DNA from: an uncultured delta proteobacterium
Lineage (GTDB): Bacteria > Desulfobacterota > Desulfuromonadia > Geobacterales > DSM-12255
NCBI GenBank assembly: GCA_963787125.1
Contig: CAWBBV010000001.1
Coordinates: 695,763 to 759,762, forward strand
Reading direction: 5' to 3'
Length of the DNA: 64,000 nucleotides
Shown here: positions 31,557-40,922 of the stretch, piece by piece
How positions within the stretch are numbered: position 1 is the first letter of the stretch
How the letters are laid out: each line of letters starts with the position of its first letter
The notes under the pieces: generated by a model
Seen by the model: the letters and a program-made list of their open reading frames with translations, nothing else
Told to the model about the DNA's origin: nothing
Database searches by the model: none
Translations under genes and position numbers: made by a program

Positions 31557-34094
31557 ATGAAAGCTCAATCAACGCTGGTAAGCTATTCTAAGGTGTCTGG
31601 AATTCTGGTTTTCATTGTCGGGCTGCTAATATCTGTATTTATTACTGCCGACGAAGCTGCAGCAAGCATGCTCAACTCCTGCACGCTCTACTGTCACGGC
31701 ATGCCGCCGCGAGATGCCGCCCGTAAGGCCAACCCGCACTTTGACTCCCAATCGAGCGCCTTTGTCGGCAATCACCGTAACCATCTCCCTGCTGCACCTG
31801 TTGCCCCTGACTGTAGCGTTTGTCACTTTCCGGTTGCGTCAACCGATTTTGGCCATCAAAACGGTACAATCAGCATGGCAAACAGCTTGAAGGGTTACTC
31901 ATCCGCGGCTCTGAGAGCCAAATATGACAAGGGAATTTTCTTTAATCAAACATCAATACCCAACTTGACTAATGCCACTTGCTCAAATGTAAGTTGCCAC
32001 TTCGAGAAAAAGACCCCGGTCTGGAACTCTGCTGCATTTGTCGCCCCTGCTGACTGCAGCGCCTGTCATGGCGCACCTCCTTCAGGTGGGGCTGCCGGCT
32101 CTGTTGGCAGCCATCTTCGTCACGACGCCTACTTCCCGGGAACAACCGGCTGTCAGAAATGTCACCCCGGTTACAGCGGTTTCGCCCACGCAAGCAGCGC
32201 TGGCCGTCCTTTACGTGTCCAGGGTTATCTGCGGGATCCGCTTAATTCTCTGGAATCGGCTGCAATTTACTCCGGCTCCGGTACTAATTATCTTCCCAGT
32301 CAGAGCGGTTCCCAGGCTTTCGGCACCTGCTCTAACCTTTATTGTCACAGTTCGGGTCAGTCTGCAAGCGGCGCTGGAGCAGGGACTGCTGTAACAACAG
32401 GCAACTGGGGGAGCGCTGCCCTCGCCTGCGGCAGTTGTCATCAGAATATGGGGCCGGCAGTCAATGCCAACGCAACCGGCAAGCATGCCAGACATGCCCA
32501 GACGGCTGCAATCTCCTGTGCAGTCTGCCATGGGGCAGCTTATAGCAGTACGACTGTGCCGACCGGTGCAGGTACTACCCATGTGGATAAAAATATCAAT
32601 CTGTCCTGGACTGGGCTTGCAGCCTTGCCCGCAACAACTTATTCCAAAGGTAACAGTTTCAGTGCCGGTGTTGCAGCCTACGGCACCTGTTCTAACAGCT
32701 ACTGTCATAGTTCTGTCCAGAATGCTGTTGACGGCTTAAATACGGGTATCAGCTATAGTGCCGGAATCAGCTGGGTGGCAGGTGCAACCCTTACCTGCGG
32801 CAGTTGCCATCTGGACGAAGCAACCGATGCGGTTGGTACCGGCAGTCACCATGCTCACACCAATGCCGGCGGCGCCAATCTTGACTGCGCCCGCTGTCAC
32901 CTCGGTTACACCAAAACAACGTCAGCTCCAACCACACATGTTAACGGTTTGATCGATCTCGGCGCTGCCGGAATCAATTATTCACAAGGAAGCGGCGCCG
33001 GTCATCCGGCCGGCAACGGCTACGGCAACTGCTCTTCAACGGTCTGTCACGGTAGCGGCATACCTGTTTGGGGCAGTCCGCTCTGGTCAACTACCGACCA
33101 GTGCGGCAAGTGCCACAGCAGCTCTGCAGCAGGAGCTGTGACCGCAGGCACCCCTTACTACAGCACCTCCTTCCCGACCAAAACCACTTTGAATACCGAT
33201 CCCAAGGTCGGCGCTCACACAGCCCATATAACCGCCAGTGAAAGCCTCCATCCGGGCTTGGCCTGCACCGACTGCCACGGCATTGTCAACCTCAATGACG
33301 CTACCCATATGAATGGCGTCACCAACTTCAACTGGAGCGTTTTGGCAAAAACCGGCAACCTGTCCCCTACCTACAACCCGGCAACCGGCCAGTGCACCAA
33401 CGTCTACTGCCATGGTAACGCCATGCCGGGAGGAGACACCAGCGGCAGCAACAAATCACCGATCTGGAACGTGCCGACATATCTGCCGGCAACACTGACA
33501 GTTGCCGGCTGCGGTACCTGCCACGGCTTCCCTCCGCCGACTGCTAACGGCCATCCAGCCGTTATCCTGCCGGTCGGTTTCCCGTCAGCAACAGTACCAA
33601 TCGGCACAAGCTGCAACTGCCACGGCAATATAAATCCTGCCGGCTATAGTTATGCCAACATTTTTGTCGACAAAGCCATGCATATAAACGGCACGCTCGA
33701 AGGTGGCAAATGCGATTCCTGCCACGGTTATCCACCGGCAAGTGTCGGCTTCAAAGGCACCCAGAACAACTGGAGCAGTGCCCGGACAGAAGATTACGCC
33801 GGTGGTGGCGGCGCTCACACGATCAACAAGCATGTCAGCAGCACCGCCAGGCCGGCAGACGGCTTTGCCTTCTGTAGCAAGTGTCACAGCCCTGCAGACC
33901 ATCTGACCGTGCCGAACTCTTTTACCATAACCCAGCATATTAAAGTAACCGTCAACAACCGTTACCGCCTTGAAGCCGGCAGTCAGGCGAAATACACTTC
34001 CAATCGCCTGGTTAGCCCTGCTCACGTTACCGGAAACTGTTCCAACATAAGTTGCCATTTTGGAGCGACACCCAAATGGGATCCTAGTCATTAA
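31557..34094 (+). CDS. Large multiheme cytochrome c (~20 heme motifs), mosaic of its two neighbours
   Basis: By eye 12 CxxCH, 6 CX4CH, 1 CX3CH, 1 CXCH; N-terminus resembles the 34172 gene, C-terminus the 28256 gene. Confidence 0.93.
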   Translation: MKAQSTLVSYSKVSGILVFIVGLLISVFITADEAAASMLNSCTLYCHGMPPRDAARKANPHFDSQSSAFVGNHRNHLPAAPVAPDCSVCHFPVASTDFGHQNGTISMANSLKGYSSAALRAKYDKGIFFNQTSIPNLTNATCSNVSCHFEKKTPVWNSAAFVAPADCSACHGAPPSGGAAGSVGSHLRHDAYFPGTTGCQKCHPGYSGFAHASSAGRPLRVQGYLRDPLNSLESAAIYSGSGTNYLPSQSGSQAFGTCSNLYCHSSGQSASGAGAGTAVTTGNWGSAALACGSCHQNMGPAVNANATGKHARHAQTAAISCAVCHGAAYSSTTVPTGAGTTHVDKNINLSWTGLAALPATTYSKGNSFSAGVAAYGTCSNSYCHSSVQNAVDGLNTGISYSAGISWVAGATLTCGSCHLDEATDAVGTGSHHAHTNAGGANLDCARCHLGYTKTTSAPTTHVNGLIDLGAAGINYSQGSGAGHPAGNGYGNCSSTVCHGSGIPVWGSPLWSTTDQCGKCHSSSAAGAVTAGTPYYSTSFPTKTTLNTDPKVGAHTAHITASESLHPGLACTDCHGIVNLNDATHMNGVTNFNWSVLAKTGNLSPTYNPATGQCTNVYCHGNAMPGGDTSGSNKSPIWNVPTYLPATLTVAGCGTCHGFPPPTANGHPAVILPVGFPSATVPIGTSCNCHGNINPAGYSYANIFVDKAMHINGTLEGGKCDSCHGYPPASVGFKGTQNNWSSARTEDYAGGGGAHTINKHVSSTARPADGFAFCSKCHSPADHLTVPNSFTITQHIKVTVNNRYRLEAGSQAKYTSNRLVSPAHVTGNCSNISCHFGATPKWDPSH
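32781..33880 (+). repeat. ~1.1-kb direct repeat, copy 2 (within cytochrome 31557-34094)
   Basis: Near-identical to 30164-31263. Confidence 0.95.
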
Positions 34095-34098
34095 CTGA

Positions 34099-34139
34099 CC
34101 GGCTTGGCGGGGAGTATTTCTCCGTCAAGCCGGGTTTTT
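34099..34139 (+). terminator. Strong hairpin / intrinsic terminator inside the cytochrome cluster
   Basis: CCGGCTTGGCGGGGAG-TAT-TTCTCCGTCAAGCCGG-GTTTTT. Confidence 0.65.
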
Positions 34140-34171
34140 GCGTATAAGTTGATCGAGGGAAGGAGTTGATT

Positions 34172-37100
34172 ATGGGGAAAAATCGCGTGAGAAGAAGACA
34201 AAACTCACAAATGATAATGGTAGCGCTTACTGTATTGGCAACATTGGTTCTTAGCTTTGGCAATGTTCAGGCTGGCGTTCTCAATTCATGTAGCAGCTAC
34301 TGTCACGGTATGCCCCCGCGAGATTCTATCCGCAAGGCTAATCCTCACTTTGACTCCCAGTCGAGCGCATTCCTCGGCAACCACCGTAACCACCTGCCGC
34401 CTGCCCCTGTTGCCGCTGATTGCACCCTTTGCCATATTCCTGTGCTGCCAACTGACTTTAGTCATCAGACGGACATCATCAGTATGGTCAATTCCCTTAA
34501 AGGCTATTCGTCAGCTAACATTCGGGCTAAATATGACAAGGGCACTTTTTTCAATCAGACCTCGGTTCCCAACTTTACTAACGCAACCTGCTCAAATGTA
34601 AGCTGTCACTTTGAATCAAAAACCCCTGTATGGGGATCGCCATCTTACGCTGTTCCTGCCGACTGTAACAGTTGTCACGGTTTCCCGCCGGTTGGGGTTA
34701 CCGGTACCCCTGCCGGCGGTCTCGCCGGCAGTCACCCCCGACACAATGCGTTTTATTCCGGAACAACCGGCTGCCAGAAGTGTCATCCCGGGTACACAAG
34801 CTTTACCCATGCCAGTAGCGCAGGTCGCTCTTTGCGCGTGCAAGGTTACCTGAAAGATCCGCTCAACAATCTGGAAACTGGCGCTACCTACTCCGGTGCC
34901 GGCACTAATTACCTCCCAAGCAAGAGTAGTTCGCAAATATTCGGCAGTTGCAACAACGTATACTGTCACAGTTCAGCGCAAGGTTCAGCCGGAACCGGTG
35001 CAATTACCTACCAATCGCCTGCCTGGGGCGGCGGATCGCTCACCTGTGGCAGTTGTCATAAAAACATGGCTACCGACGCAACCGCTACCGGTAGCCACCA
35101 GATACATGCAACGACATCTGCGACAGCCAACGGCACCGGAGTCAACTTGACCTGTCAGGTTTGCCACGGTCTTTCATACAGCCGGACAATGGCTCCGGTT
35201 GGTAGTACCCATGCCAATAAAACAATTGAACTGTTTTTTTCTACAATATCAGGGGCTAACGGTCTAGGTACCAATTACAATAAAAGCGGTTCATTCGCTC
35301 CCGGCAGTGCCTATGGCCAGTGTTCTGCAAGCGCCTGCCACGGATCCGGCAAACCGGTCTGGGGGGCAAACACGACGCGACCGGAGTGCTTCAAGTGCCA
35401 TGGTTCAACTGTGGCTGCATTTTCTACTGTCAGTGCGGCCAGTGTGGCTCCAGGTTTTAATAATGAAGGCCGCGATACCGGTGGTAACAGTGTTGCCACA
35501 TCTCCACGGGTAGGAGCGCACCAGACTCATCTGACTGCAACAGATAACATCTCCGGTCCGATTCATTGCGGCGAATGTCACACTCCGCACCTGACTGTCA
35601 AGGATACCACGCACCTGAACTATACAACTGCCACAGTCTCCTTCGGACCGTTGGCTAAGACAGCCGGCCATGCCCCCGGAGTCAGTCGCTCAGCCGGCGT
35701 TATCAGCTGCGCCAATACCTATTGTCATAATGGTAACAGGGTCGGTGCAACTGCCGTTGCCACAACCCCTATTTTCACCTCCGCCAGTCTGATCGGCAAC
35801 ACGACCATAGCTGATACCTGTACTAATAAGTGCCACGGCATGCCCCCTGGTGCCAGTGTAGCCGGTGATACCCATGCTGCTTTGACCGGTGCGTACACTA
35901 CGCCGACCAGCCTGTCGGCCTGTAGTTCACAAACAGGCGGCACCGGCTGTCACCCAACGCTGAATGGCGCTCCGACACTCATGACAAATATATTCTTCGA
36001 CAAGACAAAGCATATTAACGGTTCTGTCGAGGCGGCCGGTGGGCACGCTTTTCCTTATGGAGGTTCCGTTCACAGGCCGGGAGGAACCGGCAGTCCGCTT
36101 GCCAATGCCAGTGCGCCGTACACAAACTGCAGCGGTTGCCATGATACATCAACGGCGAGTGGAATCTATCCTGTTGCCAGCGGCGTTAAGCCGCTCTGTT
36201 CAGCCTGTCACGTGAATACAGCCACCTTCACCGGAGCAACTCCCGGCTGTTACGATTGCCACGGCTCCAGCGCAACCAACGGTATGCCCAGCGGGGGTGC
36301 CTTCCCTAACTTGAGTGGCAGTCATTCCAAGCATGTAGTCGGTCAAGCTCTGGCCTGTTCTGTCTGTCATGCCGGCAAGGGTGGCGGCGTTGGTGATACC
36401 ACCCATGGAAGTAGTAACCGTGTTGCGCACACCGCCGCTAATCCATTCGTAAACGTGACGTCAACTACTGCCCAGTTCCATTTTACCTGGACCGGCAAGG
36501 GCACCTGCGCCAATGTTGCCTGTCACGGTACCGCTGAATGGGGCGTAACCAAGTTCAACTGTCTGACTTGTCACTCGGTAGCAGTGGGTGCAAGGGCAGC
36601 AGTAGTCGGTCAGTTTGCTTCACAATCGCATCATATTCAAGGTGCAGAGACGCTCACTACGGCGCAGTGTTATAAGTGCCACTGGGAGGCCAAGATTGAC
36701 GGCTCTGTCGACAGTGCATACCATAGCGGCACAGCGGGTAAAGGTGTAAGCCTTGTGGTCTGGAACGGTGCAGTCAGGCCAACGGTCGCGACCATGGGGA
36801 CAACCTATATCTCCTATACCGCCAACGGTTCCCGATCCCAGATTGCCAAACTCAACCAGGTCTGTCTTGGCTGCCATAACTCAGCCGGTATTTCTGCGGC
36901 CAACCTGTTTGGTACCTTCGCTTCGGATCAGTACTCACCTGAGCCGAGAATGCAGCCGGCACTTGCCAGGACAAGTATCCTTTCACGTTACTCAAGTACA
37001 CGGACAGTTGCTTGGAGTAATTACAACTTCACCAACTCTTCAGGTCAGGTCAATCAGTACGGCACAAACCAGAAATACAGAATTACCAAGGCGCTTTCAG

Positions 37101-38608
37101 CTCACGGAAATGCTGTCAAAAACCAGTTCCCGGCCTGGGATGCATCGTTAAACGGTACCGGGGAAGATGAAACTATTGCAGATATTGCCAGCGCCACACT
37201 CAGCACCAAGCGTAACGTCTTCTGCTACGACTGCCACAACTCACACGGCTCCGACGTTGCTGGTATCACCAGTTCCTACTCCAGCGCCACTGGGCGTTAC
37301 AAAGGCGGCCTGCTCAAATCGACTGTAGCCGGCACTGGTGGGTACACCGTAACTTACAAACCCGCGGCCAGAACCGTTAACTACAAGTCATACAGTACTC
37401 TTGCAACGACGGCCGCAACTTTCAATGCCGGTGCCAGCATCTGCCATGACTGCCACAATAATGACACCAGAAAGCTAAATATCGCCAGGCCGTGGTCAAT
37501 CATCAATACTTACAGCTCGACGAGGCCGATCGTCGGTTACTGGAGTACGCCATATTTCGACAATTACACCGGTATACCTGCCAAACGTTTTCCCTATAAG
37601 GCGGGTGGCCCGATTAACGGTATCAAAGACCTCCGCAAACCAATGGGTGGTCACTTTGCCTCCAGTGTCATTGGCGCTCAGGCCAGTCACAGCGTTGAGA
37701 TCAATGGACTCTGTACTCCTTGCCACGATCCTCACGGTGTCTCCAGCGCCATGACAGCCCTGAACAGGGGCAAATCAGTGCCGTTGCTTAAGGGGACATG
37801 GGTAACTTCACCCTACCGTGAAGACAAGGCAACCCCTGTTGTCAAGCGTGGCGGCGGCAGTAACTTTACCGGTATAGCAGCTATTGCCGGAATGCCAGGC
37901 TACAACATCGACCAGAACACCCTTGTTAACCTGCCGGCAGCTGTTAGTGGCGGAGCTGGGACAGTATCGGCAAAGAACAACAAGCGGGCACAGGTATTCT
38001 CAATCTTCCCGGGAGTCGCAGGAAACGCACTTTCTCTCCACACCGAGAAGACCCCCGCCGAGTTTGCTGGACTCTGCGTCGGTTGCCATGCCCAGGGAAC
38101 TCTGACAAATGCAGTTGCACCGGCTGCTAGCAACTGGATGACCAAGGAACGTGTTCACCAGTCAGTAGCTGGCTGGGCAGCTACAACCGGAACCAACGCT
38201 AATAATACTGTTCACGCTTTCACCTGTTCCAAATGTCATAAAGCACATACTTCTCATCTGCCGCGGCTTCTGGTTACCGACTGCCTTGATGTCCGCCATG
38301 TTAAACAGTCAGTTTCAGGTGGCAGTATTTCTGCAACTCCTATCGCTACCAGTCCGGGTTTCAGTTTCGGCAACAACCTCCAGAGCTACGCATCGTCGGC
38401 TTATGGTGCAGGCCGGTTCCCGTCCGGTGGCTCCAGATATTCGGGAACACCGACTACAGCTCAGAACAACGGACCGTGGTACTTCCAGACGGTTCAGCCG
38501 GCTGCAGTTACTTACCCCTCCAACTGCCACAACGCAGTAAACGCAGGTGGAGGCGCAACAACTTATGATCCGACCAAACAAATCTGGAACAAGAAAACAA
38601 GGTGGTAA
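34172..38608 (+). CDS. Very large multiheme cytochrome c (~27 heme motifs)
   Basis: Signal peptide; by eye 19 CxxCH, 5 CX4CH, 2 CX3CH, 1 CX8CH; heme-sparse C-terminal region of ~600 aa. Confidence 0.93.
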   Translation: MGKNRVRRRQNSQMIMVALTVLATLVLSFGNVQAGVLNSCSSYCHGMPPRDSIRKANPHFDSQSSAFLGNHRNHLPPAPVAADCTLCHIPVLPTDFSHQTDIISMVNSLKGYSSANIRAKYDKGTFFNQTSVPNFTNATCSNVSCHFESKTPVWGSPSYAVPADCNSCHGFPPVGVTGTPAGGLAGSHPRHNAFYSGTTGCQKCHPGYTSFTHASSAGRSLRVQGYLKDPLNNLETGATYSGAGTNYLPSKSSSQIFGSCNNVYCHSSAQGSAGTGAITYQSPAWGGGSLTCGSCHKNMATDATATGSHQIHATTSATANGTGVNLTCQVCHGLSYSRTMAPVGSTHANKTIELFFSTISGANGLGTNYNKSGSFAPGSAYGQCSASACHGSGKPVWGANTTRPECFKCHGSTVAAFSTVSAASVAPGFNNEGRDTGGNSVATSPRVGAHQTHLTATDNISGPIHCGECHTPHLTVKDTTHLNYTTATVSFGPLAKTAGHAPGVSRSAGVISCANTYCHNGNRVGATAVATTPIFTSASLIGNTTIADTCTNKCHGMPPGASVAGDTHAALTGAYTTPTSLSACSSQTGGTGCHPTLNGAPTLMTNIFFDKTKHINGSVEAAGGHAFPYGGSVHRPGGTGSPLANASAPYTNCSGCHDTSTASGIYPVASGVKPLCSACHVNTATFTGATPGCYDCHGSSATNGMPSGGAFPNLSGSHSKHVVGQALACSVCHAGKGGGVGDTTHGSSNRVAHTAANPFVNVTSTTAQFHFTWTGKGTCANVACHGTAEWGVTKFNCLTCHSVAVGARAAVVGQFASQSHHIQGAETLTTAQCYKCHWEAKIDGSVDSAYHSGTAGKGVSLVVWNGAVRPTVATMGTTYISYTANGSRSQIAKLNQVCLGCHNSAGISAANLFGTFASDQYSPEPRMQPALARTSILSRYSSTRTVAWSNYNFTNSSGQVNQYGTNQKYRITKALSAHGNAVKNQFPAWDASLNGTGEDETIADIASATLSTKRNVFCYDCHNSHGSDVAGITSSYSSATGRYKGGLLKSTVAGTGGYTVTYKPAARTVNYKSYSTLATTAATFNAGASICHDCHNNDTRKLNIARPWSIINTYSSTRPIVGYWSTPYFDNYTGIPAKRFPYKAGGPINGIKDLRKPMGGHFASSVIGAQASHSVEINGLCTPCHDPHGVSSAMTALNRGKSVPLLKGTWVTSPYREDKATPVVKRGGGSNFTGIAAIAGMPGYNIDQNTLVNLPAAVSGGAGTVSAKNNKRAQVFSIFPGVAGNALSLHTEKTPAEFAGLCVGCHAQGTLTNAVAPAASNWMTKERVHQSVAGWAATTGTNANNTVHAFTCSKCHKAHTSHLPRLLVTDCLDVRHVKQSVSGGSISATPIATSPGFSFGNNLQSYASSAYGAGRFPSGGSRYSGTPTTAQNNGPWYFQTVQPAAVTYPSNCHNAVNAGGGATTYDPTKQIWNKKTRW

Positions 38609-38690
38609 CATTAAGTTTGCGGAAGAATAAATTTACGTGATTGTTTTATGTTGACAAAAAGGGGTTGAAACGCTAATAGATATTTTTCGT

Positions 38691-38767
38691 CGGGGCGTAG
38701 CGCAGCCTGGTAGCGCGCCTGCTTCGGGAGCAGGAGGTCGGAAGTTCGAATCTTCTCGCCCCGACCA
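38691..38767 (+). tRNA. tRNA-Pro(CGG)
   Basis: CGGGGCG...CGCCCCG-ACCA acceptor stem, anticodon arm CCTGC-TTCGGGA-GCAGG; TTGACA at 38651 upstream. Confidence 0.96.
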
Positions 38768-38933
38768 TGAATTTCGAGGGGTTACGGCGAAAGCTGTGAC
38801 CCCTTTATTACTATGTGGAGACTTGCGTAGAGTCACTGGCGCAACAGATGCGCAATAAGCGATCAAATATTTCTTGACAAAAGTTTTACTCTCCGCTTAT
38901 TCTCGAAGTATACTATGGGCTTAGTGGGATAAT

Positions 38934-39395
38934 ATGATTTCAATGCGGAGTAAATACGCCCTTAAGGCGCTTTGTTATATGGCACGGACGAGCGATAAAG
39001 ATTCATTCCTTATTGCCGAAATTGCCCAGGCCGAAGGGATTCCAAAGAAGTTTTTGGAAGCCATCCTGCTTATAATCAAAAACAGTGGCATACTCTCCAG
39101 CAAAAAAGGTCCTGGCGGCGGCTATTCGTTAGCAAAGAGTCCGGCGGCAATAACTGTCGGTGCCGTGATCAGGGCGTTTGAGGGTAATCTTATTCCGCTG
39201 CAATGTCTCAGTGAATCTGCTCCGGTCAGTTGTCCTGAGTGCGGCGATGCAGACGCCTGCGGGGTAAAACTGGTAATGGCAGATGTGGAAAAGGCTCTTT
39301 CAACCATTCTTGATGCAACAACTATTGCCGACATGAATCAAATGAGTGAATTTGAACGCCAGAGAAGGCGGCAGGTAGTGGATTACTCGATTTAA
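38934..39395 (+). CDS. Rrf2 family transcriptional regulator (CymR-like)
   Basis: YALKAL, IPKKFLEAIL, SKKGPGGGYSL; three Cys; C-terminal DYSI. Confidence 0.92.
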   Translation: MISMRSKYALKALCYMARTSDKDSFLIAEIAQAEGIPKKFLEAILLIIKNSGILSSKKGPGGGYSLAKSPAAITVGAVIRAFEGNLIPLQCLSESAPVSCPECGDADACGVKLVMADVEKALSTILDATTIADMNQMSEFERQRRRQVVDYSI

Positions 39396-39513
39396 AAAAA
39401 TTTAGTAAATAAGACTATAACGAATATAGGCAAACAAGTTAATGCCCTCACAATAAGATGATAAAAGACGAGCAAATTAACTTTATCAGATAAGCTCAGT
39501 AGAGAGATTAACC

Positions 39514-40665
39514 ATGGAAAACAACGAATTTGATTTTGACACAGTCATAGATCGTAGCGGTACCGGTAGTGAAAAGTGGGACAAATATGCCGGTCGTGAC
39601 ATTATTCCACTCTGGGTGGCGGACATGGACTTCCGTTCACCGCCGGCAGTTATTGCGGCGTTGCACGAACGGATCGATCACGGTGTGTTCGGCTACACTC
39701 AGCCGCCGCCAGGTTTGGTGGAGGCTGTGCTGGAACATCTGCAGCGTGATTTTGACTGGCGGGTAGAGCCGGAGTGGATCGTCTGGCTCCCCGGTCTGGT
39801 TTGCGGACTGAATGTCCTTAGTAAGGCGGTTGGGGGTGATGGGGATGAAGTCCTCACTTTTACCCCTGTCTATCCACCTTTTATGTCGGCGCCGATCCTG
39901 ACCGGTCGGGTTACGGTGAAGGTGCCGCTGGTTCTGGAAAATGGTCGCTGGGTGGCGGATTTGGAGGCGTTGGAAAAAGCGGTAACACCCCGGACAAAGT
40001 TACTGCTGCTTTGCAACCCCCATAACCCGGTGGGGCGTGCCTGGACCAGGGAGGAACTGCTGCAGTTCGCTTCCTTCGCCGAACGACACGATCTGATCAT
40101 TGGCTCCGATGATATCCACGCCGGGCTTATTCTGGATGCAGGAAAGAGGCATATGCCCATCGCTACTTTGTCGCCCGAAACCGGCCGCCGCACCATAACT
40201 CTGCTGGCTCCGAGCAAGACCTACAATATTCCGGGCCTCGGCTGCTCCTTTGCGGTCATCAGCGAATCATCACTGCGGCGACGCTTCACCCAGGCAGCTG
40301 GCAGGATCGTGCCCCATGTCAACACTCTCGGTTATACTGCGGCAGAAGCTGCGTATCGCCATGGAGAGGAGTGGCGGCTCCGATTGATTGAATACCTGCG
40401 GAGCAATCGGGATCTGGTCACCAGTTTTATCAATGCCCTTCCCGGACTTTCCATGACCCATGTTGAGGCTACCTACCTTGCATGGATCGATACAAGTGCT
40501 CTCGGCATAGAGAAGCCGGGAGCGTTCTTTGAGCAAGCAGGAGTGGGCCTTTCCGATGGTGCTGATTTTGGTGCCGCCGGTTTTGTCCGGCTTAATTTCG
40601 GTTGTAGGCGATCACTACTCTTTGAGGCGTTGCAGCGGATAGGCAGGGGCGTCAGTTTACAGTAA
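39514..40665 (+). CDS. patB: MalY/PatB family PLP-dependent C-S lyase (cystathionine beta-lyase)
   Basis: PLWVADMDF, CNPHNPVG, SDDIH, PSKTYN, RLNFGC. Confidence 0.92.
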   Translation: MENNEFDFDTVIDRSGTGSEKWDKYAGRDIIPLWVADMDFRSPPAVIAALHERIDHGVFGYTQPPPGLVEAVLEHLQRDFDWRVEPEWIVWLPGLVCGLNVLSKAVGGDGDEVLTFTPVYPPFMSAPILTGRVTVKVPLVLENGRWVADLEALEKAVTPRTKLLLLCNPHNPVGRAWTREELLQFASFAERHDLIIGSDDIHAGLILDAGKRHMPIATLSPETGRRTITLLAPSKTYNIPGLGCSFAVISESSLRRRFTQAAGRIVPHVNTLGYTAAEAAYRHGEEWRLRLIEYLRSNRDLVTSFINALPGLSMTHVEATYLAWIDTSALGIEKPGAFFEQAGVGLSDGADFGAAGFVRLNFGCRRSLLFEALQRIGRGVSLQ

Positions 40666-40862
40666 CTGCTTTTCGTGTTTCAGATGTTCAAGTGAGGGTA
40701 AGTCCAATTCTAATTCGCAGATGAAATCAAGGCGGCGAGGATTGAGACGAGTGGTACGCTGAGGAGCTGTAGACGATTTAGTAATGAAATAACGCGGAAA
40801 ATGTTGCCCATGAAATTGAGTTTTTAGCTGTACTTTAACTGATTAACAGACAGTCAATAGTT

Positions 40863-40904
40863 AACAAGAAGCCCTCCGGACTTTAATCCGGAGGGCTTCT
40901 TGTT
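40863..40904. terminator. Bidirectional terminator-like hairpin downstream of sfrA
   Basis: AACAAGAAGCCCTCCGGA-CTTTAA-TCCGGAGGGCTTCTTGTT perfect inverted repeat. Confidence 0.85.
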
Positions 40905-40922
40905 GCAAAAAAAACAGAAATT

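Noticed and set aside
21764..38767. Cytochrome cluster as a tRNA-Pro-integrated genomic island
   Set aside because: The cluster lies on the 5' side of the tRNA; I saw no duplicated tRNA 3' end and no integrase.
38633..38866. 77-aa minus-strand ORF
   Set aside because: Antisense translation of tRNA-Pro.
40700..40800. Possible degenerate dispersed repeat or small RNA between patB and sfrA
   Set aside because: Loosely reminiscent of deltaproteobacterial multicopy elements, but there is no second copy in the window and no convincing structure.
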